Shown: one piece after another, positions 7,402 through 16,634 of the stretch
Layout: the number at the start of each line of letters is the position of its first letter
Position numbering within the stretch: position 1 is the stretch's first letter
Origin: Planctomycetota bacterium
Lineage (GTDB): Bacteria > Planctomycetota > Phycisphaerae > Sedimentisphaerales > Anaerobacaceae
Assembly (NCBI GenBank): GCA_013202635.1
Contig: JABMRO010000264.1
Coordinates: 1-25,359, forward strand
Length of the DNA: 25,359 nt
Direction: 5' to 3'
Translations under genes and position numbers: made by a program
Notes under the pieces: generated by a model
Told to the model about the DNA's origin: nothing
The model's database searches: none
What the model saw: the letters and a program-made list of their open reading frames with translations, nothing else

Positions 7402-8346
7402 ATGGCCAAAAAAGAAAAAGCAAGACATCTCGGCAGGGGGCTTCAATCGCTGCTTAGTCCGATAACTGCCTCGCCTAAAGAACCAAAAGAACTATTATCT
7501 TCTGCCACACCCGATCCTAACATCCCGCCAGATAAGGAGTTACACGATTCCCTGCAGGAGCTCAACATTGATGTTATATCTCCAAATCCTTATCAACCGC
7601 GAACAGTATGGAATGAACAGGATTTATCAGATTTAGCAGAGTCCATCAGGGCCAACGGCATTATCCAACCGATAATTGTCCGCCCTTCCGGCACAAAATA
7701 TCAGCTAATTGCCGGAGAACGCCGATTTCGAGCCGCTCAATTAGCTTCACTTACAACAATACCCGCCCTGGTTCGCCCCGCAAGCGATAAACAATTACTC
7801 GAATGGTCATTGGTCGAGAACATACACAGAGTAGGTCTCAACCCTTTAGAGCGAGCAAAAGCCTATCAGGATTACCTGAGCACCTTCTCCTTAACTCAGG
7901 CACAGGCCGCAGAGCGACTTGGCGAGGACCGTTCGGCCGTAGCTAACTACTTGCGACTACTGGACTTACCGCATGAGCTCAAGCAGATGTTATCTGAAGG
8001 CCAGCTAACTATGGGCCACGCCCGCGCAATACTTGCATTGCCTACAGACGAGCTTCGCCGCAAGTTAGCCAATCGAGCATTGATCGGCCGGCTGAGTGTG
8101 CGTGAAGTTGAAAGACTGGTTCGAAAGCATCTTACAGGTACAAGCCAGGCCAAGACAACTGTTCGCTCAAAGCCTCCGCACATCCTGGACCTTGAACGTA
8201 AACTCAGCAGTCAGCTTGCAACAAAAGTGAATATTGATGCCCGGAAAAATGGACAAAGAGGAAGGATAATTATCGAGTTTTACTCTCTCGACGAATTCGA
8301 CAGCATTACAGAAAGAATCGGTCTGGCCTGTGGGGAAGAGGTCTGA
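7402..8346 (+). CDS. parB: Chromosome partitioning protein ParB/Spo0J
   Basis: N-terminal LGRGL ParA-activating motif, PNPYQPR, GIIQPIIVR, IAGERRFRAA CTP-binding motif, HTH and C-terminal dimerisation domain; GAAGGAG RBS. Confidence 0.96.
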   Translation: MAKKEKARHLGRGLQSLLSPITASPKEPKELLSSATPDPNIPPDKELHDSLQELNIDVISPNPYQPRTVWNEQDLSDLAESIRANGIIQPIIVRPSGTKYQLIAGERRFRAAQLASLTTIPALVRPASDKQLLEWSLVENIHRVGLNPLERAKAYQDYLSTFSLTQAQAAERLGEDRSAVANYLRLLDLPHELKQMLSEGQLTMGHARAILALPTDELRRKLANRALIGRLSVREVERLVRKHLTGTSQAKTTVRSKPPHILDLERKLSSQLATKVNIDARKNGQRGRIIIEFYSLDEFDSITERIGLACGEEV

Positions 8347-8523
8347 AAAACAAACACGAAAAAAGCTTATTTTCCACAATTTTAATATTAGAAATCGGTT
8401 ATTTTGTTGTATAATTAGTTAAGAGTAAATAAGAGTATAGTTGTGTATCTGTGTTAATAAAACTGTTAGTTAAAACCGTTAATTTTTTTTGATTAGCGAT
8501 CATCCTGTTTCGGAGGATATATT

Positions 8524-11103
8524 ATGAAGCGTCTTATTATTTCAATGTTGTTTGTACTTTTATTCACATCTTTCTGCATTGTGCCAGCTTATGCTCAGCT
8601 ACCGAATTTATCACTTTATCATGCCGCGGAGAAAACTCAATACAGATTGAAACTTGAAGCGGGCAAAGAGTATTACATGCAGACGATTACCGAGCAGCAG
8701 ATTTCTGATCCTACACCTGCTAATGAAGGGACTACGGTGATGACTGTCGGGACTGGTGCCCAACTTGAGGTCAGTGATATAGATGCCAATGGAAATGCGC
8801 AGGTAACATATACATACAAGTGGATAAAAATTGGAATCAAAGGGGCAACGGTGGAAAATATATATGATTCATCGAAAAAGGATTCGACTGTTCCTAAGGA
8901 ATTGCAATGGTTTGCCCCACTCCTGGAGGAGAGTTTCTTGTTAACAATAACGCCTGAGGGTCGAATTTCAGAGATAAAGGATTTGGATAAGGTACGCAGC
9001 AATGTGCGGCAGAAGCTGCCTCAGGGACCAATGCAGGAACTTGCGATGAACAGTCTGAACCAATGGCTTGATGAACAAACCATTAGAGAAAGTATCGAAA
9101 ATTCATTTGCGATATATCCCGACAGGCCGGTTGGTGTAGGTGATTCCTGGAGTAGAAATGTTACTTACTCAAGCGGTTCCGCGATGATTCTTGAGAGCAA
9201 ATGGACATTGAAAGAGCGGAAAAATGGTGTGGCAGTCATCGAAGTTGCCTCTACAATCAAGCCAAACTCCGAAGCAAAGCCGGTAGAAATGGGCTCTCCA
9301 GGGATAACAAGCAGCTCCGAATTTACTGGAAATCAGCAGGGGCTCATAGAAATGCAGGAATCAACAGGGCTGATCATAAGAAGCAAGATAAATCAACAAA
9401 TGTCGGGACAGAATACAATAACTCGTCCGGGTGTGCCAGACAACGTCACTCCTATGGAGATTACAGGTGTCATTAGTATGGAGACTTCTGATTGGGAGAA
9501 GGCCAGATCAAATATTGGTACTAATGTAGTTGCACAAGAGCAGCCCCGAAGAGAAGCCCCATCCACTCGCCCGGACAGCATTCAACGCAGAGCTAATATT
9601 AGTGCAGGAGCAGCAACCAGTCCATATCTAATCGACGGCGAAGATAGGATGATGCCGGCGGCTCGACCAAGGTCGGAACGGCAGAAATCAACATCAATTC
9701 ACGATGCCGCGCGCAACGGAGATGTCAACCATGCCCAGCAACTCATTTCAAAAGGCGCTGATGTGAATACGAGGAACAGAATGAACTGGACACCGCTGCA
9801 CACCGCAGTAACAAACCGCAAGCAGGCATTCGTAGAGCTGCTTATTTCCAAAGGCGCTGATTTAAATGCAAAGGACAATCGCGGGCAAACGCCCCTGCAC
9901 GTCGCAGTAAATACATACCAAAAAGAGGTAGTGGAGCTGCTGATTGCAAAGGGGGCCGATGTCAATATCATGGCCGGCAGCAATAACGCCCTGACATTAG
10001 CGAAAAGGAGAAATAATACTGAAATCGTTGATATTCTGGTTAAAAACGGGGCAAAAGAGCCGAGCCCTCAGGACTTGATGGGAGACAGATATTATGGGGG
10101 AGGGGCAAATCCATATTCGTCTTATCAAGAGCAATCAACAACTCAGCCCGGAACAATCCGGCGCGGAGGCCGAACCGGCAGAACAATTAATCAAGCGCCT
10201 GCTGCGGTAGATATCCTTGCCGACCCGAATGAGATTAAAGCCAGAGTCAAGACATTTGCTGGACTGGAAAAGGTATTGGAGGAAGTTGCGAACAAAAGCC
10301 AAAATGAGATGCGTCAGTGGCCACAAAGAAGATATGATAATAGAACTATGCTGGTAAGAGCTGTACAAAAGCAATTCGAAGATGAGATTAATTTAATACG
10401 AACAGTCTCTGTTAGTGAAAAAGCCAAGAAGACAACCGAGGCGATCGATAGTGTATTGACCACAAGACAGGAGCGAATTAAAAACATCAGCAGAGAGCTT
10501 ATGGCTCAGAAAAGACAGCTAAGACAAACACAGCAGCAGACCACCCGCACCCGCGGCCGGGGTAGAACCTCCAGCAGAAGCATGAGAGGGCAGACTTCAC
10601 AGGGCGGACAACAATATGAACAATACGGAGGAAACGCGACAGAGCAGGCATATGGTCGCGGCAACGTTATGCCCAGAACGAACAGGTACCCGGGCACGAC
10701 AAGGGGGCCATCTCAGCAGACAACTCAGCCGATAGACAGAGAAGCCGAAAACGAGACGCGTCAGTGGCTGCAGGCAAGCTTTGATAACAAATCAGACCTT
10801 GCCAGTGCGGTGCACGAGCAAATCCGGTTAGAGGTTACTTCCATAAGAGATCTTGCTGTTGAAGAAGCAGCTAAAAAGACCACGGCGACAATTGACGGCC
10901 TGTTGCTGGCCCGAAAAATGCGGCTCGATGCCTTTATCATAAAAATGGAAGAGCAACAGCAAGCACTTCGACAGCAGACCCAGGACCCCCGCATGGGGGG
11001 AAGATATATGCAGACCGGTCCCTCCAGAGGACAAACAACAAGAGGAGGTACAACAGGCGGGTATCAACAGGACAGTCAATCCAGGACCCGCCGGCGGCGC
11101 TGA
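8524..11103 (+). CDS. 859-aa secreted multidomain protein: signal peptide, DUF6263-like domain (tentative), four ankyrin repeats, low-complexity Q/R/G/T linkers, duplicated 59-aa helical unit
   Basis: MKRLIISMLFVLLF...AYA signal; ankyrin TPLH/GADVN repeats at about 9694-10053; GGAGG RBS. Confidence 0.85.
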   Translation: MKRLIISMLFVLLFTSFCIVPAYAQLPNLSLYHAAEKTQYRLKLEAGKEYYMQTITEQQISDPTPANEGTTVMTVGTGAQLEVSDIDANGNAQVTYTYKWIKIGIKGATVENIYDSSKKDSTVPKELQWFAPLLEESFLLTITPEGRISEIKDLDKVRSNVRQKLPQGPMQELAMNSLNQWLDEQTIRESIENSFAIYPDRPVGVGDSWSRNVTYSSGSAMILESKWTLKERKNGVAVIEVASTIKPNSEAKPVEMGSPGITSSSEFTGNQQGLIEMQESTGLIIRSKINQQMSGQNTITRPGVPDNVTPMEITGVISMETSDWEKARSNIGTNVVAQEQPRREAPSTRPDSIQRRANISAGAATSPYLIDGEDRMMPAARPRSERQKSTSIHDAARNGDVNHAQQLISKGADVNTRNRMNWTPLHTAVTNRKQAFVELLISKGADLNAKDNRGQTPLHVAVNTYQKEVVELLIAKGADVNIMAGSNNALTLAKRRNNTEIVDILVKNGAKEPSPQDLMGDRYYGGGANPYSSYQEQSTTQPGTIRRGGRTGRTINQAPAAVDILADPNEIKARVKTFAGLEKVLEEVANKSQNEMRQWPQRRYDNRTMLVRAVQKQFEDEINLIRTVSVSEKAKKTTEAIDSVLTTRQERIKNISRELMAQKRQLRQTQQQTTRTRGRGRTSSRSMRGQTSQGGQQYEQYGGNATEQAYGRGNVMPRTNRYPGTTRGPSQQTTQPIDREAENETRQWLQASFDNKSDLASAVHEQIRLEVTSIRDLAVEEAAKKTTATIDGLLLARKMRLDAFIIKMEEQQQALRQQTQDPRMGGRYMQTGPSRGQTTRGGTTGGYQQDSQSRTRRRR

Positions 11104-11108
11104 CAAGG

Positions 11109-11837
11109 ATGTCATAGCAATTAGCTTCAAAAGTCGCAATAGTAACAGGAGCCAGCAGGGGGATTGGCAGAGCTATCAGTATTGCATTGGCACAAGAGTC
11201 CGCGACGGTCGTCTTAGCTGCACGCTCAACCGAAAAACTGCAGGAGGTCGCTGGGAAGGTAACCAAAGCAGGCGGAAAGCCGGAGATTGTCGTTACTGAG
11301 CTGACCGAAGAAGAATCCATCAAGAACCTCGTTAAAACAACGAATGAAAAGTTCAGCCGGCTCGATATTCTCATCAACAACGCAGGCGTTACTCACTCAG
11401 CTAAATTAGAACAGACCTCAACCGAAGACTGGCAGCGCTGTATCAGCATAAACGCACGTGCACCGTTTATCCTTTGCAGAGAAGCTTTACCGTTGTTAAA
11501 AAAATCACAAGCGGGATACATCGTCAACATCGCGTCAGTCGTAGGGGTCAAAGGTTATCCGCTTCAAAGCGCCTATACCTCCTCCAAGCATGCCCTCCGC
11601 GGGATGACAATATCATTAGCTGAGGAGCTTAAAGGCTCGAATATCCGTGTTCATTTGCTATGTCCCGGCGGTGTGGATACCGATATGGTAGGGTCGGTTC
11701 GACCGGATATACCTAAAAAGGACCTGATAAAACCCGAAGAAATTGCAGAGCTGGCCCTCTACCTTGTTACACACAAAGGCAATGCCGTCATAGATGAGCT
11801 GCACATTCGAAGAGCAACCTCAACGCCGTGGTTTTGA
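11109..11837 (+). pseudogene. SDR family oxidoreductase with disrupted 5' end (pseudogene or sequence error)
   Basis: The frame upstream of the listed ORF reads MS*QLASKVAIVTGASRGIG (TAG at 11115-11117); NNAG and YTSSK catalytic motifs are intact. Confidence 0.65.
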
Positions 11838-11850
11838 GCTGGAAATTACT

Positions 11851-12300
11851 ATGAGAGCTGTTATACAACGAGTTTTGCAGGCCGGGGTTACGGTAGAAGG
11901 CCGACAAGTCGGCAAAATAGACAAGGGACTGTTGGTTTATCTCGGCGTCGGCAAAGAAGACACAATAAAGGACGCCCAGTTTATGGCCGACAAGCTGGTG
12001 AATCTGCGTATCTTTGCGGATGAAGCCGGCAAAATGAATCGAAGCGTGCAGGACGTTGGCGGGGCGATTTTGTTAGTCAGCAATTTTACTCTTCACGGCG
12101 ACTGCCGAAAGGGTCGTCGTCCCGGCTTTGACGCCGCAGCCGAGCCGGAAGCAGCTCAGCAGCTTTACGAAAAAGTGATTGAGCTGATTACCGAACAGGG
12201 CACAGCCGTCGAAAAAGGCACATTTGGTGAGTACATGCAAGTCAGCAGCATCAACGACGGCCCTGTAACCTTCCTGCTTGACAGCAGCAGGCTGTTTTAG
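11851..12300 (+). CDS. dtd: D-aminoacyl-tRNA deacylase
   Basis: MRAVIQRV start, SNFTL (SQFTL-type), GRRPGF, INDGPVT motifs. Confidence 0.96.
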   Translation: MRAVIQRVLQAGVTVEGRQVGKIDKGLLVYLGVGKEDTIKDAQFMADKLVNLRIFADEAGKMNRSVQDVGGAILLVSNFTLHGDCRKGRRPGFDAAAEPEAAQQLYEKVIELITEQGTAVEKGTFGEYMQVSSINDGPVTFLLDSSRLF

Positions 12301-12343
12301 CCAAAACTTCTCTGTCTGTACGGCAATAACATACAAATATCGC

Positions 12344-12372
12344 TTGACGAATCGGCCCTACATTCATAAACT
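12344..12372 (+). promoter_or_regulatory. Putative sigma70 promoter of argB-argD-argF
   Basis: TTGACG (12344-12349), 17 bp, TAAACT (12367-12372). Confidence 0.6.
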
Positions 12373-12413
12373 TCCCCTTTTGTTAAAGTATTGTTTTTAA
12401 GGAATCGCAGCAG

Positions 12414-13292
12414 GTGGAAGAAGCTATTGCAAAAGCTGGTGCGTTGATTGAGGCGATGGAGTATATCCGTCAGTTCCGCGGGCGAATTGTGGTCGTCAAG
12501 CTCGGCGGAAGTGTCCTCGACGATATCGCCCTGCAGAAAAAGCTGTTGACCGACATCGCCTTTATGGCAACGGTCGGGATTCGCCCAATCATCGTTCACG
12601 GGGGCGGGAAGGCCATTACAAGAGCGATGAACAAAGCGGGCCTCGAGGCCGTATGGGTGCAGGGCCGGCGATATACGGATGAGCGGACCCTGACAATAGC
12701 AGAGCATACGCTTGTCCATGATATCAATACTCCTATCTGTGAGATGCTCACCGAGTCAGGATGCGATCCGATGGGACTGCATTCACTGAGTAGTTGTGTA
12801 TTGTTTGCCGAGTTGTTGAGATTAACCGGCGAAGATGGCCGAAAACTTGACCTCGGACTGGTCGGGCAAGTTGCGAATGTAAACGGACGATTGTTAAAAA
12901 AACTTTGCTATGACGGGACCATACCGGTCATCGCCTCGGTAGCCAAAGATAAGGCCGGTGGAAAGCTGAATGTAAACGCCGACAGCGCCGCCGGCAAAGT
13001 CGCTGCCGAGGTCCGTGCCGAAAAGCTTGTCGTCGTAAGCGACACGCACGGGATACGAACCAATATCGATGACCCGGACAGTTGGGTTTCGAGCTTGAAT
13101 GAAACACAGATTAAGGAAATGATTGATGCAGGTATTATCACAGACGCAATGTTCCCGAAGGTCGAGGCCTGCCTGACGGCACTGGACGCAGGTGTGAAAA
13201 AAGCACATATTATTGATGGGCGAATCGCCCATTCACTATTGCTCGAAATCTACACCGACAAGGGAATCGGAACCCAGATAGTTAGAAAATAA
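12414..13292 (+). CDS. argB: Acetylglutamate kinase
   Basis: VVKLGGS, IVHGGGKAI, LNVNAD, MFPKVEAC, HIIDGRIAHSLLLEIYTDKGIGT; GTG start. Confidence 0.96.
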   Translation: MEEAIAKAGALIEAMEYIRQFRGRIVVVKLGGSVLDDIALQKKLLTDIAFMATVGIRPIIVHGGGKAITRAMNKAGLEAVWVQGRRYTDERTLTIAEHTLVHDINTPICEMLTESGCDPMGLHSLSSCVLFAELLRLTGEDGRKLDLGLVGQVANVNGRLLKKLCYDGTIPVIASVAKDKAGGKLNVNADSAAGKVAAEVRAEKLVVVSDTHGIRTNIDDPDSWVSSLNETQIKEMIDAGIITDAMFPKVEACLTALDAGVKKAHIIDGRIAHSLLLEIYTDKGIGTQIVRK

Positions 13293-13358
13293 AAGTGCCT
13301 GAAGTGAGCTAAAGTTGTAAGAATAGAGTTTACTGAATTTTAGGCACTTTAGGCACTT
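13293..13358. repeat. Intergenic inverted repeat built from tandem AAAGTGCCT / AGGCACTTT 9-mers
   Basis: Left arm AAGTGCCTGAAGTGAGCTAAAG (13293-13314); right arm TTTTAGGCACTTTAGGCACTT (13338-13358). Confidence 0.75.
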
Positions 13359-13373
13359 CGAAGGGAAGGAAAT

Positions 13374-14555
13374 ATGACTACACAGGAGACTATTGAGTTG
13401 TTTAATAAATACGTCATCGCTAATTACGGTCGGTTGCCTCGCGTTATCGTCAAGGGCGAAGGCTGTTACATGTATGACACCGATGGCAATAAGATGCTGG
13501 ATATGTTCCCCGGCTGGGCCGTCAGTGCGATAGGGCACTGTCATCCCAGGGTCGTTGATGCGTTACGCAAGCAGGCCGGCGAGCTTCTGCACATTGATAA
13601 TACTTTCTACTCCGAGCCGCAGGGTGAATTAGCCAAACTGTTAAGCGAACGGGCCTTTGGCGGCAAGTGTTTCTTTTGCAACAGCGGTGCCGAGGCCAAC
13701 GAGGCCGCATTGAAACTGGCGCGTCTGCACACCTCGCAGGAAAAATATAAATTCATCACCGCCGAGGGCAGCTTCCACGGACGAACTCTTGCAACCCTGA
13801 CGGCAACTGCTCAGCCGAAACACCACGAAGGTTTGCTGCCGCTGCTGCCGGGCTTCACTTATGTCCCGTTCAACGATATTACCGCGCTCGAGTCGGCGTT
13901 CAGTAATGAAGTTGCGGCCGTCATGGTCGAACCAATTCAGGGCGAAGGTGGAATTAATCTTGCTTCGAAAGAGTATCTGCAAACAATCCGTCGGCTCTGT
14001 GACGAAAATGCAGCACTGCTTATCTTTGATGAAGTCACCACCGGGATAGGAAGGACCGGCAAGTGGTTTGCATATCAGCATTTCGATGTCGAGCCGGACA
14101 TTATGACAATGGCAAAGGCCCTTGGCGGAGGCGTTGCTATAGGAGCTATGATGGCCAAAGAAGAAGTTGCTGCTTCATTGGTTCCGGGCAAACACGCTAC
14201 GACGTTCGGCGGCAATGCGCTGGTCTGCGCAGCAGCCGTGGCGGTTATAGAGGCAATAGAAGAAGAAAACCTTCTGGAAAACGCCGCTGAACTGGGACAA
14301 TATATTAAAGATAAGCTCGAACAGTTGAAGCAAAAACATTCTATTATAGACAGTGTTCGGGGCATCGGCCTGATGATTGGTGTTCAATTGACCGGCCCGG
14401 GCAAAGAAATAGTCGATAAATGCCTGGAGAAGGGCCTGCGTATAAACTGCACACAGGGCACTGTTCTGCGGTTTATGCCCCCGATGATTGCCACTAAAGA
14501 ACAAATCGACCAGGCGATTGAGATTCTTGATACTGTTTTGAAAGAGGGTGAATAA
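13374..14555 (+). CDS. argD: Acetylornithine aminotransferase (class III PLP enzyme)
   Basis: NSGAEANEAA, SFHGRT, EPIQGEGG, FDEV, MAKALGGG (PLP lysine), TTFGGN. Confidence 0.94.
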   Translation: MTTQETIELFNKYVIANYGRLPRVIVKGEGCYMYDTDGNKMLDMFPGWAVSAIGHCHPRVVDALRKQAGELLHIDNTFYSEPQGELAKLLSERAFGGKCFFCNSGAEANEAALKLARLHTSQEKYKFITAEGSFHGRTLATLTATAQPKHHEGLLPLLPGFTYVPFNDITALESAFSNEVAAVMVEPIQGEGGINLASKEYLQTIRRLCDENAALLIFDEVTTGIGRTGKWFAYQHFDVEPDIMTMAKALGGGVAIGAMMAKEEVAASLVPGKHATTFGGNALVCAAAVAVIEAIEEENLLENAAELGQYIKDKLEQLKQKHSIIDSVRGIGLMIGVQLTGPGKEIVDKCLEKGLRINCTQGTVLRFMPPMIATKEQIDQAIEILDTVLKEGE

Positions 14556-15466
14556 TGAGACATTTTCTTTCCATAATCGATTGTCCGAACGACCTGCTAA
14601 AAGAACTGCTGCGGATAAGCACCCGGCTAAAAAGTTTATACAGCGTAGGCAGCGAGGATTTATGCCTTAAGGGAAAAACTTTAGCGATGCTTTTCGAGAA
14701 GCCGAGCCTGCGAACCAGAATCAGCTTCCAGGTAGCTATGTCAGACCTTGGCGGTACCGCAATCTATGTCAAGCCCGAAGACATCGGCGGCATCGGCAAG
14801 CGCGAGCCAATCAAAGATATGGCAAGGGTTCTTAGTCGATATGTTACCGGCATAATGGCACGAACCTTCGAGCACAGCACTGTTACGGAGTTGGCCAAAT
14901 ATGCAACGGTCCCGGTAATAAACGCCCTGACGGACTGGTCGCATCCCTGCCAGGCGATGGCTGACGTACTGACTATCAGAGAACATTACGAAGACATAGA
15001 AGACAAAAAAATTGCATTTATCGGTGACGGCAACAACGTTGCCCGGTCGCTGGCCTTTGCCTGTGCAAAGCTGGGTATGAAAATGGTCGTTGCCTCACCG
15101 GCTGGTTACGAACTCGATGCCGAGACAATAGAAAAAGCAAACCAGCTTTCAGCCGACAGTGTCCGTCAAACAAATGACTCGGGCACCGCTGTTCTCGATG
15201 CCGACATTATCTACACAGATACATGGGTCAGTATGGGTCAGGAGGAGGAAAAGCAAAAACGCCAGGCCGATTTTGCAGCTTTTCAGGTCAACGCCGAATT
15301 AGTCAAGTCCGCACCGGCAAACGTCAAGATTATGCACTGTCTGCCGGCTTATCGCGGCCTTGAAATAACTGATGAAGTCGTCGAATCGCCCAATTCGATT
15401 ATGTTCGACCAGGCCGAGAACCGCCTGCACTTCCAGCGGGCCCTGCTGAAAAAACTCCTGAGCTAA
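14555..15466 (+). CDS. argF: Ornithine carbamoyltransferase
   Basis: FEKPSLRT, HPCQAMAD, GDGNNV, WVSMG, HCLP; start overlaps the argD stop (TAATG). Confidence 0.96.
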   Translation: MRHFLSIIDCPNDLLKELLRISTRLKSLYSVGSEDLCLKGKTLAMLFEKPSLRTRISFQVAMSDLGGTAIYVKPEDIGGIGKREPIKDMARVLSRYVTGIMARTFEHSTVTELAKYATVPVINALTDWSHPCQAMADVLTIREHYEDIEDKKIAFIGDGNNVARSLAFACAKLGMKMVVASPAGYELDAETIEKANQLSADSVRQTNDSGTAVLDADIIYTDTWVSMGQEEEKQKRQADFAAFQVNAELVKSAPANVKIMHCLPAYRGLEITDEVVESPNSIMFDQAENRLHFQRALLKKLLS

Positions 15467-15473
15467 TCGAATA

Positions 15474-15752
15474 ATGGATGACGAATATCCTCCAGTTTAT
15501 ATCAAAGAATATCCTGATGTATTCGACAGATTCACATTTGATTATCTTTTCAAAAGACTCTTGGCTGATGGATACGACAACGAAGAGGCAAAAGACATAA
15601 TACTGTATAACTGCGCTCTGAGCACGTTAGTAACGCAAGAGAGAATAGACAATGAGTATTATTTGGAAATATTCGTAAACGATGTGATCGCCCCTGATCT
15701 TCTGGATATATACAGGGAAGAATTTAATAAAGCCGTGTTTAACAAAAATTAG
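15474..15752 (+). CDS. 92-aa acidic hypothetical protein
   Basis: ORF starts 7 bp after argF on the same strand and fills the gap; no motif recognised. Confidence 0.65.
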   Translation: MDDEYPPVYIKEYPDVFDRFTFDYLFKRLLADGYDNEEAKDIILYNCALSTLVTQERIDNEYYLEIFVNDVIAPDLLDIYREEFNKAVFNKN

Positions 15753-15779
15753 TGGTTTGCAACATATGATTTGAGGAAT

Positions 15780-15849
15780 TGTCATTCCGCACTTAATGCG
15801 GAATTCAAATTATCAATACATCTGGATTCCTGCTTGCGCAGGAATGACA
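15780..15849. repeat. REP doublet: two inverted ATTCC...GGAAT hairpins with outer TGTCATTCC/GGAATGACA inverted repeat
   Basis: TGTCATTCCGCACTTAATGCGGAATTCA ... CTGGATTCCTGCTTGCGCAGGAATGACA. Confidence 0.85.
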
Positions 15850-15868
15850 TTTTTGGAATGATTTCTGT

Positions 15869-16510
15869 GTGGGAGTTATGTCGGGCGAAAACAAAAAAAT
15901 TCTTGTTGCCACTACTAACATCGGCAAAATCGCCGAATTGAAAGCTATGCTCGATTTAGATGCTCAGTGGCTTGACCTCTCGTATTACCCTGAAATCGAA
16001 GAAATAGAAGAGGACGGCCAGACTTTTGCTGAAAATGCCTGTAAAAAAGCAATCGGTTATGCTCAAGCCACCGGCCTGTGGATAATCGCCGACGACTCAG
16101 GACTGGAAGTTGACGCACTCGGCGGTGAGCCGGGCGTGAAATCCGCACGTTACTCCGGCGATAAAACAATAAACGATGACGGTACTCTAATTGACCATCG
16201 AAACATTGCAAAGGTCCTGGAACTTCTCGAAGGCGTCCCGCAAGAGAAAAGAACGGCGAGATTTTTTTGCTCTCTGTGTCTGGCAAGCCCGGAAACAATC
16301 CTAATAGAAACCGAGGGAACACTGGAAGGTCTTATAGCCAATAAAGAAATCGGAAAAAATGGTTTTGGTTACGACCCGATTTTTTTCGTGCCGCACCTGA
16401 ACAAAACCGTCGCTCAGTTAACCTCCGAAGAGAAAAACGCAATCTCGCACCGCGGCAATGCAATCAGAAAATTAAAACCCATGCTTGAAAAACTCCTGAA
16501 AAACAGCTAA
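15869..16510 (+). CDS. rdgB: Non-canonical purine NTP pyrophosphatase (RdgB/HAM1); start may be ATG 15878
   Basis: ATTNIGK, ADDSGLEVDALGGEPGVKSARY, GFGYDPIF, KNAISHRG. Confidence 0.95.
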   Translation: MGVMSGENKKILVATTNIGKIAELKAMLDLDAQWLDLSYYPEIEEIEEDGQTFAENACKKAIGYAQATGLWIIADDSGLEVDALGGEPGVKSARYSGDKTINDDGTLIDHRNIAKVLELLEGVPQEKRTARFFCSLCLASPETILIETEGTLEGLIANKEIGKNGFGYDPIFFVPHLNKTVAQLTSEEKNAISHRGNAIRKLKPMLEKLLKNS

Positions 16511-16634
16511 ATATCAAAACTTTCTGAAAGTAGCTTGAAACAAGCAACTGGTTGCGGGTATTATGGGACTTACGGAATAAAGTGCCGCTGCCGGTAAAAA
16601 TGAGGCGGTAATTTCAATAAATTAAGGATAAATT

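Noticed and set aside
2280-8500. attL/attR duplication of the tmRNA 3' end marking an integrated element
   Set aside because: No second copy of the ssrA 3' sequence and no integrase were seen in the window (manual scan only).
2348-11117. Stop-codon reassignment explaining the internal TAA (2348) and TAG (11115)
   Set aside because: Conserved genes end normally at TAA (argB), TAG (dtd) and TGA (parB), and contain no internal stops.
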